Assembly (NCBI GenBank): GCA_965238275.1
Contig: OZ250186.1
Span: 2,152,669 to 2,216,668 of the forward strand
Direction of reading: 5' to 3'
DNA from: Nitrosopumilus sp.
Lineage (GTDB): Archaea > Thermoproteota > Nitrososphaeria > Nitrososphaerales > Nitrosopumilaceae
Length of the DNA stretch: 64,000 nt
A model generated the notes under the pieces. That model was not told where the DNA came from, searched no databases, and worked only from the letters and a program-made list of their open reading frames with translations. Of the stretch, positions 1 through 7,993 are shown in pieces. Every line of letters begins with the position of its first letter. The stretch's first letter is position 1. The position numbers and the translations under genes were made by a program.

Positions 1-1541
1 CCCTGATGAGCGATTCCACTGCGATGCGTGGCAGTATTCCCTGCTTGTGGCAGGTGCGCGCAACTGAAACAAGTACAGAAAAGACCTTCATTCCCTCCGC
101 CACTGACAGCTTGTGGCGCACGTTCCTCTGTAGCACGACGGCGTCGCGTATGTCCCGTTCTGCATCGTTATTGTGTGGAGGCATGCCGGGGTACTGCAGA
201 TACGTAAACAGGTCGGGGGCCGCACCCTCAAGGGTGGTCTTGAAGGGGTGGGATTCCCCGTAGGAGGCGGCAATTCCAAGCACGCGTTTTTCCAGGTCCC
301 GACGCTTCGCGGCATCAGCCGTGTCCAGATCCTTAATGTCATGATACATTTTGAGCAGCCTTTCGTACTGGAGCAGATCATTGCCGCCGTTCCTGATTGC
401 CAGCTTTTCAGCCTCGCGGAGCAGGTGTACCCAGCACCGCTGTTTGATTGGAAACACGCTGTATCCGGCATACCCGTCCACCACGACAGGAATGCCCAAA
501 AGCCCGGCAAAGTGAAGTTCCAGTACGGCAGCGGCCCTGGTGTGGGCCACCACCACGTATGTTGCGTCTTTTATGGTGACAAGCCACGCATAGCCCCTCT
601 TGCCGTTGATCTTGATGTATGATTCGTCCATCTGGATGTAGGGCGCGTCTGCCATCCTGTCCATGATCTCCTTGTATGCGCCCTCCAGGAGGCGCTTTAG
701 CGCCACGCGCGCATTCCATATGGTGTTGGACGAGATCTCAAACTTGTATAATGCGTTGAAATAGTATGCGACGGTCTGGTCCGTGCTTCTCTTGTTGTAG
801 TATTCCAGCACGAATCCCAGCGCCTTGGGGCCCAGTGACGTGCCGCACAGCGTGGGATCCGGGGCGGCAGTTATTGTGCCGCATTTGCAGCATGCTGCCT
901 TTTCCATCACGTATGCGATACATTTGATCCCAATCGCGTCGTCGTCGGGAAAGTCATAGACCATCTTCACTTTTGGAGCCGTATGCTGGAGCGTCTTGCT
1001 TCCGCAGCTGCCGCACCTGCTTACGCCCAGGGTAATCGTTCTGCCTGCCTTGTTCTTGTGCGAAACTCCGACATGGCCCATGGGCGGTCCGCGGCCGGTA
1101 TTGTTGTTTTTTGATTCTGCATCGCCTGCTTCCGGTTTTGTGCCATCTTCTTCGGGTTCTGCATCACCCCCTTTTGGTTCTGCATCCTTTTCACGCTCCT
1201 TCCGGAAGGCATCGCGCTCTGCATTGTACATGGAAATGGTGGATGATGACATGTGCTCGCTTTCGTATGCTGCAAGCTTTCTGTCACGTTCTGCCAGATC
1301 AGATCTCAATGAATCTATTTCACGTACAAGCCTGATTGTCTCCTTGGCCAACGTGTCCTCCATCTCTTTTACCTTGGTTCTGAACATTTCATTCTCTCCG
1401 GCCAGTTTTCTGAATTCCTCGCGCAGGAGCGTAAGATCGGATTTACTCATGTGGTGGTTTTTAGACGCTACGATCTAAATTGTGATGGTCTAAATGGATG
1501 CATGTTCTGGTCAATGTTTAGGCAGGGACCTGAGTGTTTAC
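1..1541 (-). mobile_element. IS66-family element (single-ORF ISBst12-like), truncated by window edge
   Basis: Minus-strand end reads GTAAACACTCAGG from 1541 (IS66-type GTAA terminus) and is followed by a TnpC-like ORF; the other end lies outside the window. Confidence 0.8.
2..1450 (-). CDS. IS66-family transposase (3' end runs off the window; absent from the ORF track)
   Basis: Own translation from ATG 1450: MSKSDLTLLREEF coiled coil, CGSCG/CCKCG zinc motifs, QMDES, VVDGYAGY, QRCWVHLLRE, HNNDAERDIR; open to position 2. Confidence 0.85.
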   Translation of the reverse strand, partial: MSKSDLTLLREEFRKLAGENEMFRTKVKEMEDTLAKETIRLVREIDSLRSDLAERDRKLAAYESEHMSSSTISMYNAERDAFRKEREKDAEPKGGDAEPEEDGTKPEAGDAESKNNNTGRGPPMGHVGVSHKNKAGRTITLGVSRCGSCGSKTLQHTAPKVKMVYDFPDDDAIGIKCIAYVMEKAACCKCGTITAAPDPTLCGTSLGPKALGFVLEYYNKRSTDQTVAYYFNALYKFEISSNTIWNARVALKRLLEGAYKEIMDRMADAPYIQMDESYIKINGKRGYAWLVTIKDATYVVVAHTRAAAVLELHFAGLLGIPVVVDGYAGYSVFPIKQRCWVHLLREAEKLAIRNGGNDLLQYERLLKMYHDIKDLDTADAAKRRDLEKRVLGIAASYGESHPFKTTLEGAAPDLFTYLQYPGMPPHNNDAERDIRDAVVLQRNVRHKLSVAEGMKVFSVLVSVARTCHKQGILPRIAVESLIR

Positions 1542-1591
1542 CATGCGCATTGTGAACCGTTAAAATATGGGCGTCACGGCTTGAGGGCATC

Positions 1592-2106
1592 ATGCATGGT
1601 GCCAACTACAGGAACGGAACAGGCCAGCCATTTACGCGAAAGCAGTACATCAAGGGAAAACCGCAGATAAAGATCGCCAAGTTTCAGGGCGGCAAGAGGG
1701 GAACATACCAGTACTGCGTCCAGCTTCTCATTAATGAAAAGATTCAGATCAGGCACATGGCCATCGAGTCGACCAGACTTGCGGCAAACAAGACCCTGGA
1801 GAAGACAGTCGGGGAGACTGGCTACTATTCCAGACTCAGGATATACCCGCACAATCTCCTCAGGGAGAACAAGATGATTGCCGCCGCAGGCGCAGACAGG
1901 CTTCAGGAGGGAATGAGGCGTGCATGGGGCAAGGCAACAAGCCTCGGGGCAAGGGTCAGACAGGGCCAGTGCATCATAGACCCCGACATTATGTCAACGG
2001 GAGTGAACACCTGGAGGCTTCGAAAAAGGCACTCAGGGGATCGTGCGTAAAGCTGCCCGGAACCCCGACAATCAAGGTAATCGAGTGGAACAAGCCATCA
2101 CCATAG
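1592..2106 (+). CDS. rpl10e: 50S ribosomal protein L10e (uL16), apparent frameshift near 1979-1989
   Basis: RLRIYPHNLLRENKMIAAAGADRLQEGMRRAWGK motif; the expected C-terminus (YVNGSEHLEASKKALRGSCVKLPGTPTIKVI) is in the -1 frame ending at 2106. Confidence 0.9.
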
Positions 2107-2361
2107 GCCCTCCAGCTGCTGCTTTTTGCCCCTTACAAACGCCAAGAATTCCTCAAACTCTTCTTTTGTCGGTTCGCGCCCAAGCACCCTCCTTGACTGA
2201 TAGTAGAATGCGTTATAGAGCCTCCCCATCGCTATCCCCAGTACAAACGACCGGGAATAGTCTGCCTCAGAAAGGGATCTGGCCAGCTGCAGTATCTCAT
2301 CCCTGTTTGAGACAGTCTCCTGAATCTTCTGTTCCAGCCGCTCAAGGATCACCCCATTCAC
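2098..2361 (-). CDS. Hypothetical protein (thaumarchaeal-type)
   Basis: 87-aa ORF with GRLYNAFYYQSRRVLGREPT motif, AT-rich upstream promoter region. Confidence 0.7.
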   Translation of the reverse strand: MNGVILERLEQKIQETVSNRDEILQLARSLSEADYSRSFVLGIAMGRLYNAFYYQSRRVLGREPTKEEFEEFLAFVRGKKQQLEGLW

Positions 2362-2424
2362 GACTAATGTTGGTCTTTACTGTTAAAAACAGTTTAATAT
2401 TCAAATCCGGATTCTAGAACTGTC

Positions 2425-2501
2425 GCAGTTATAGTATAGTTTGGTTATTATGCGAGCTTGCCAAGTTCGTGACCCGGGTTCAAATCCCGGTAACTGCACC
2501 A
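2425..2501 (+). tRNA. tRNA-Gly (GCC), CCA encoded
   Basis: GCAGTTA/TAACTGC acceptor stem, anticodon arm CGAGC-TT-GCC-AA-GTTCG, T-loop GGTTCAAATCC, terminal ACCA. Confidence 0.95.
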
Positions 2502-2929
2502 TCGGGTTCCAGGGGCGTCAGGGCCTTCCTGATTATTGCCAGGGCATCCTGTGCCCTTGCAGGATTGGGCAGCTGAATCATAAAGACGTTATCCCTGCCG
2601 TAGTGGGATCTTGGGGAGGATAGTGCAAGCATCGTGGCATCTGCAAGGGACTCGAAGAATGCCAGATCGGTTTTTGCATTGACCATGAATCTTTCAACCA
2701 TGCCGCCCTTTGAGAACTCTAGAACAACATCCACAAAGACATGCCCCAGCCCGTCCTGCAGGATGTTCAGATTGGTGTCGATCGAGAGCGGCCTGCCTGC
2801 AATCTCAGACAGCAGATCGTCATACCGGCTCGCCTCAATAACAATGCACGGGACCCTCCTGCCGTCAAAGTCAAAGGTGGTGACTCCGTCATGCACCCGG
2901 CTGAGCAGTCTCTTTAATTCGTCAGGCAT
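2480..2929 (-). CDS. Hypothetical protein (thaumarchaeal-type)
   Basis: 149-aa ORF overlapping the end of the upstream antiporter gene. Confidence 0.7.
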   Translation of the reverse strand: MPDELKRLLSRVHDGVTTFDFDGRRVPCIVIEASRYDDLLSEIAGRPLSIDTNLNILQDGLGHVFVDVVLEFSKGGMVERFMVNAKTDLAFFESLADATMLALSSPRSHYGRDNVFMIQLPNPARAQDALAIIRKALTPLEPDGAVTGI

Positions 2930-4247
2930 CGTCGTCCTGCTCGTCCATTGAAAGTACCTTGTCTCCGGCCCGTACCATGTATGGTGTAAGAAACGAGGTG
3001 ATTATCGCGATCATTCCCATCAGCGGAAAGAGAAAGGCGCTGACTGCGCCTATGTCCACGCCGGTCTTAATAATTACGATTGAGAATTCGCCTCTTGGCG
3101 CAGCCAGGGTAAATGCGGAGCGAAACACGCCTCCGCGCCGCTGGCGGAATATCAGGCTGGCAATCGTGTTTCCCCCAAACTTTGTACCGATGGCCACTGC
3201 AATCAGTGCGACGGCTATGAGCATATAGTCGCCAATATTGGTAATGTCCATCAGGGCGCCTATGGATATGAAAAATATTGCCACGAACATGTCCTTGATC
3301 GGGCTTGAGAGCAGCTTGGCCACTTCGGCCGACTTTGATTCGGCCACAAGCACCCCTGCCAAAAACGCCCCGATTGCAACAGAGAGCCCCACGACGTTTG
3401 TCAGCAGGGCGTATCCAAAGCAGATTCCAAGAATGGTAAGCAGTAGGATTTCACGATGCTCGGTTGCAGCAACCCTGTCGATCAGGGGCGTGATCAGGCG
3501 GGTGCCGACTGCAAACGTTCCAAAGATCAGTGCGGCGGCGACTGCCACAACAGTTGCAACCGACTCTGGAGATACGGTTCCAATCAGGGCAACGGACTGC
3601 AGCGAGCTGAGCAGTATTACGGCAATTACATCCTCCACAATCAGGATTCCCAGAACCCGGATGGACGACTTTTGTTGGATCTTCCCTGCATCCTCCAGAA
3701 TCTTGACGATTACAGCAGTGCTGGAGATGGACAGGGCCGCTGCAATAAACAGGGCGTCCATGAACTCCAGGCCAAGCGCAGTCGCCACGTAAAATATGGC
3801 CCCCAGCGACATGAGCAGCCCCATCGTGCCCACGCCTATGGTGGCCCGGCCTATGCTTCGAATCTTTGCGTACGGGAACTCGATTCCAATGACAAACAGT
3901 AGCAGTATGACTCCGATATCGGCAAAGAGGTGCAGGGCAGAGATGTCAGCCAGCAGCCCCACCTCGCCGAAGATGCTGGGATCCCTCCCGTCAGGCAGAA
4001 TCCATGACCAGAACGGCGAGAGAGGGCCTATCAGCATTCCCGCAAAGAGATATCCGATGATCAGCGGCTGCCGTATCTTAAAGAATGCAAGGGCGACTAC
4101 GGCCCCAATAATCATGATAAAAGCCAGATCAGTGATAAAGTTGGTATGGTAAAATCCAGGAGTGACCTGGTCAATAATGGTGGTTACGGTACTGTTGAAC
4201 GAGTCTTGGATTGTTGACGGATCCAGCTGGAGTAAGAAGTTCTGCAT
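2922..4247 (-). CDS. Cation:proton antiporter (CPA2/Kef family)
   Basis: Many TM helices; GVILLLFVIGIE, LSISSTAVIVKIL, GILIVED, PRGEFS motifs; start chosen at MQNFLL (ORF extends to 4298). Confidence 0.92.
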   Translation of the reverse strand: MQNFLLQLDPSTIQDSFNSTVTTIIDQVTPGFYHTNFITDLAFIMIIGAVVALAFFKIRQPLIIGYLFAGMLIGPLSPFWSWILPDGRDPSIFGEVGLLADISALHLFADIGVILLLFVIGIEFPYAKIRSIGRATIGVGTMGLLMSLGAIFYVATALGLEFMDALFIAAALSISSTAVIVKILEDAGKIQQKSSIRVLGILIVEDVIAVILLSSLQSVALIGTVSPESVATVVAVAAALIFGTFAVGTRLITPLIDRVAATEHREILLLTILGICFGYALLTNVVGLSVAIGAFLAGVLVAESKSAEVAKLLSSPIKDMFVAIFFISIGALMDITNIGDYMLIAVALIAVAIGTKFGGNTIASLIFRQRRGGVFRSAFTLAAPRGEFSIVIIKTGVDIGAVSAFLFPLMGMIAIITSFLTPYMVRAGDKVLSMDEQDDDA

Positions 4248-4564
4248 ACTAACAGTTTGTACAGTATGCTTAAAAATAGATGCCATGGCAGATGGCACCC
4301 ATACCCCGGAACTGACGCGGATCCGGCATCACATAGCCTGCAGGCCAAACCGCACCATGCCGTAGGACGTATTGGACTCACGGATTCGTGCGATCCGGAG
4401 ATACGGCGCATGCCAAATCCCTTTATTGTCATGGAACCGCACACACACATAGAGACAGTCACATGACCAAGTGCGGGGTGATGAGTAGGTCGACTGAAAC
4501 GGGATGTGGAGACATGACCTGGGGTATTTGACTGCATTAGGTTATGCCGTGTTTGGGTTCTGTA

Positions 4565-6050
4565 GTGAAAAGCGAAAGTTCGTGCAATTTTTTGGATCCC
4601 TTTTTAAGAAAACAAATTCTATCCACATACATGATTGTCAGCAAACGCGTTACGATAATGCAGTCTCGGGAATTGTCACGCAAGATTGTAAAATGTTCCC
4701 TGGAAACAGACGTCGTTTACGACATGACCATACTGATGAAACTGGCCCATCCCAAAATGACCCAGTTTGACGTGAACAACCTGATAACTGGCTGGCGCAA
4801 AGAATTCAACCTGACCAACAGCGTCCGCATGCATGAGGCCGCGTCCAAGCAGGCCCTCCAGTCGGTAATCAAATTTAAGAAATCAAATGTGAAAAAACAC
4901 GCAAAACGGATCTGGCGCAAGAAGCAGATAAAGCTCGGCAAGGCCAGAACGTACAGGCACAACAGGTGGACGGATCCGTCCAGCCTGATGAGGCGCGGCA
5001 AGAAGACAACCAGGCTGCGTTCGCTGAATTCGCGCGGAAAGCCAAAACTGCGAGACGACGGCACGGTGTTCCTGCCCGGACTCGGAGGGGTAAGGCCGCG
5101 CACGGAGATCCCCGAAGGCAGGTTTGTGTCGTTCCAGATGATCGACATTACAAACAAGGTCACGCGCAAGACCAATGACGGTGATCGCAGGTTCAAACTG
5201 CATTTGCAGGTAGAAGTTCCAGACCCCGAACCAGCTGCAGGCTGCAAGGCAGGGATCGATCTGGGCGTCAGGCACCTTGCGGCAGTCGCAGACGAGGACG
5301 GGAACGAAAAACTGTACAATGTTCCTGGCGGGTGCAGGCGTCACGACGGCGACAAGATTGACCGGTTGAAGTCACGCCGGTCAAAATGCGTGCGCGGTTC
5401 GCGCAAATGGGGAAAGGTCGGCCGCATGATACAACGTGAATTGAAAAAGATATCCGACAGGCAGAAACACAACGAAACGGGCATTGCCAGGCGGATAACA
5501 AAAGGCCTGTCTGCGGTATTTTTGGAAGACATGGATTTGACCAGGATGAGGAGATCCAACGGAAAGGCACCAAAGACCGGGTTGAACCGCGAGATGGCAT
5601 ACTCTAGGATGGGGGAGTTTCGGAGCCAGGTTGAATGGCAGATGAAAAAGAAAGGCGGAGTTTCAAAACGCGTGGAATACAAGAATACCAGCCAGAGGTG
5701 TGCTGTTTGCGGAACTGTGGACAAAAAGTCCAGAAACGGCGAATCCTTTGCCTGCACTGCATGCGGGTGGTACCACCACGCCGACAAGAACGCGGCAAAA
5801 AATATTTTGGATAATGACTGCCTCCACATGGGGGCTGGCGGCCAAGCCCACAAAAACAGTGGAGGCACCATTGCAGGTGTCAAGGTCGTCACAAGGCGCG
5901 AGGATCACGGTTCAGGCAGTCCTGCAAGGGACAGCTTGACAAGTCGGCTTGGACCCGACAACGATGATTTTGGAAGATCTGACAGAGCGCCGGAAAGGGC
6001 ATCAGGGCATGCTACGGAGAAATCTGTTTGCACAAACTTTCGCTCGCCGC
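4565..6050 (+). mobile_element. Putative non-autonomous TIR element carrying tnpB (IS630/mariner-like ends)
   Basis: TA|GTGAAAAGCGAAAGTTCGTGCAA (4565-4587) versus reverse complement of 6028-6050, GCGGCGAGCGAAAGTTTGTGCAA, followed by TA; 18/23 identity, inner 16/17. Confidence 0.65.
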
Positions 6051-6112
6051 TATGGTACCAGTCACACTGCAGAGCCAGAACCCAGACGGCCCGCATAAGG
6101 AACCGCCAATAG
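4631..6112 (+). CDS. tnpB: RNA-guided endonuclease TnpB
   Basis: RuvC-I GIDLGVRHLA, RuvC-II FLEDMDL, zinc finger TSQRCAVCG...CTACG, RuvC-III HADKNAAKNI; TTTTTAAG TATA-like box ~25 nt before ATG 4631. Confidence 0.93.
   Translation: MIVSKRVTIMQSRELSRKIVKCSLETDVVYDMTILMKLAHPKMTQFDVNNLITGWRKEFNLTNSVRMHEAASKQALQSVIKFKKSNVKKHAKRIWRKKQIKLGKARTYRHNRWTDPSSLMRRGKKTTRLRSLNSRGKPKLRDDGTVFLPGLGGVRPRTEIPEGRFVSFQMIDITNKVTRKTNDGDRRFKLHLQVEVPDPEPAAGCKAGIDLGVRHLAAVADEDGNEKLYNVPGGCRRHDGDKIDRLKSRRSKCVRGSRKWGKVGRMIQRELKKISDRQKHNETGIARRITKGLSAVFLEDMDLTRMRRSNGKAPKTGLNREMAYSRMGEFRSQVEWQMKKKGGVSKRVEYKNTSQRCAVCGTVDKKSRNGESFACTACGWYHHADKNAAKNILDNDCLHMGAGGQAHKNSGGTIAGVKVVTRREDHGSGSPARDSLTSRLGPDNDDFGRSDRAPERASGHATEKSVCTNFRSPLWYQSHCRARTQTARIRNRQ
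5810..6070 (+). ncRNA. Putative omega/reRNA of TnpB (scaffold to ~6050, flank-derived guide after)
   Basis: Inferred from position: ~240 nt between RuvC-III and the right end; the translated tail is non-conserved; structure not computed. Confidence 0.45.
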
Positions 6113-6490
6113 TCATCACATGCAGCAGTGGCAGATGCCAAGACATGGTTCTGATGAACGGTGCATAAAAGCAGTCGAGTGTCACATCAGGCAGATTCTG
6201 CACAAGGCAGGCATGCTGCAGGGGATACAGCATCAGGCCACAGGCATGGCATTACAGGAATGGAAGGGGCAGACGCCTCTAACACGTGGCGGCAGGCCGT
6301 GCAATTTGGATCCACAAAGTATTAGTAGTACCGTACTATACAGTACCATATGATTCGATGCCAGCACTGCACCATGCCATTCACGGCAACTGCAGACGGG
6401 ATGGCCGAAAAGACATTTCATGAGATTCTCCACGGTCCCAAAGTAGTCAACTAGCCCAACTCTTTTATGATAATTTTTTTAATGGAATGC

Positions 6491-7993
6491 ATGGCAAGTG
6501 CCGCAAAAAAGACTACTGGGACTGCAAAGAAGAGGGAGCCGAGTCCGGCCGCACTTTTAAAGAAGGTCGCATCAGTCTCGGACTCTACAAAGGCGCTGCA
6601 AAAGGAGATCAAGGCAATGTCAAAGATCTTTGCGGGCAACCAAAAGATACTTGTCTCGATGAAGGGTATGATGGATGCGCTGGCATCAACGCTGGAGCAT
6701 GTCCAAAAGCACTCAAGGCAGATCAGCATAATGGAGGAGGATACGCAAAAGCTGTATGCCGGCCTGAATCGCGCAAAGTCCCAGTCGGACATTATAGGCA
6801 GGCTCAACGATCAGACTGCAAGGCTGCAGGAGGAGGTGAACAGGGTCCAGAAGATACAGGAGGCATCAAACACCGGGGAGCTTGCACGGCAGGTCGAGGA
6901 CAGCATGCATTCAATCCAGAACAACTCCAAGATGATCATCAGGATTGCACAGAGAATCGACGAGATAAGGGACGAGCTCAGGGATGTCTCGGGAAGGACA
7001 GACTCGCTTTTGGAGATTGGCAGCGACATTGACAGGCTCAAAAACAGCATGGATGACATATCAGAAAAGACCACAAGGCTGGATGCAGGGACGCATGTGA
7101 TTGAAGACATCAAGGGCGAGCTTGGAAGGATTGCCGAGAAGGTCTCGTCAGATTCCAATCTTGGCTCCGAACTGGACGCAATCAGGTCGACGATTGACGC
7201 CATATCGGCAAAGGCCTCAAGGATCGACTCGCTGGGCGGCGTCATAGAGAATCTTCAGAACCAGTTTGAGGCAGTTGCCGCAGATGCCACGGACACAAAC
7301 AGCATGTGCGCAAGGTCAGTCAGTGATCTTGCAGGCAAGATAGACAGGATAGAGACCGATATCGGGACACTGTCACGCAGGGCAGACTCGACGGCGTTTG
7401 TAGGGGAGGGACTCAAGTCGGTCCAGTCGGATCTGAACAACCTCAAGGAAGGCATGCTTGAGAGGACCGACGGCATAGAGCAGAAGATTGCATCTGCCTC
7501 GGAGATGATAAGGAGGCAGGATGCAGGAAACGCAGAATTTCACAAAAAAACGGAGAGCATATTCAAGGATATTCAGGCGATCAAGAGCGCGGCAAGCAAG
7601 GCATCAGGGGACTCTTCAAGGGAGATGATGGCGCTGCTAAGGCTCTCAGAGTACCAGTCGGGCATCAGGATGAATGCAGAATCCAAGTACGGGGATTCGG
7701 TGGATCTGGAGAAGATGGCGCAGCAGACTGTGCAGATTATCAACTTGTTTGACAGAATCTCAATTGAGGCAGGTGAGGAGATCCCGCTTCCCCGCGAGGT
7801 AAGGCAGTGGGCCATAAGCAAGATTCTGGACTGTGCTGACAGGTGGGAGATTCGGTTTGAGGAGGTCTATTCCATGCTGAAAAATACGATGGGCAAAAAA
7901 ACCCTCAACGAGTCCCTGAGAATTCAGCAGGTAAGGGACATTTACGGAATCAGGGCAGTAGACAAGATCAGGCGGGAACTGGACATATCCTAG
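6491..7993 (+). CDS. Long coiled-coil protein (MCP signalling-domain-like, thaumarchaeal)
   Basis: ~500 aa of heptad-rich helices, globular C-terminus QWAISKILDCADRWEIRF. Confidence 0.7.
   Translation: MASAAKKTTGTAKKREPSPAALLKKVASVSDSTKALQKEIKAMSKIFAGNQKILVSMKGMMDALASTLEHVQKHSRQISIMEEDTQKLYAGLNRAKSQSDIIGRLNDQTARLQEEVNRVQKIQEASNTGELARQVEDSMHSIQNNSKMIIRIAQRIDEIRDELRDVSGRTDSLLEIGSDIDRLKNSMDDISEKTTRLDAGTHVIEDIKGELGRIAEKVSSDSNLGSELDAIRSTIDAISAKASRIDSLGGVIENLQNQFEAVAADATDTNSMCARSVSDLAGKIDRIETDIGTLSRRADSTAFVGEGLKSVQSDLNNLKEGMLERTDGIEQKIASASEMIRRQDAGNAEFHKKTESIFKDIQAIKSAASKASGDSSREMMALLRLSEYQSGIRMNAESKYGDSVDLEKMAQQTVQIINLFDRISIEAGEEIPLPREVRQWAISKILDCADRWEIRFEEVYSMLKNTMGKKTLNESLRIQQVRDIYGIRAVDKIRRELDIS

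Noticed and set aside
4478-4530. GTGATGAGTAGGTCGACTGAAAC resembling a hammerhead core or C/D-box sRNA
   Set aside because: Lacks the C of CUGAUGA and proper stems; C' and D boxes are degenerate and the guide would be only 9 nt
4544-4630. Longer N-terminus of TnpB given by the ORF track
   Set aside because: Starts outside the left repeat; the TATA-like box supports ATG 4631
6298-6313. CGTGCAATTTGGATCC, a partial direct match to 4581-4598 at the TnpB element left end
   Set aside because: Short and gapped, lacks the rest of the TIR; cannot be distinguished from chance
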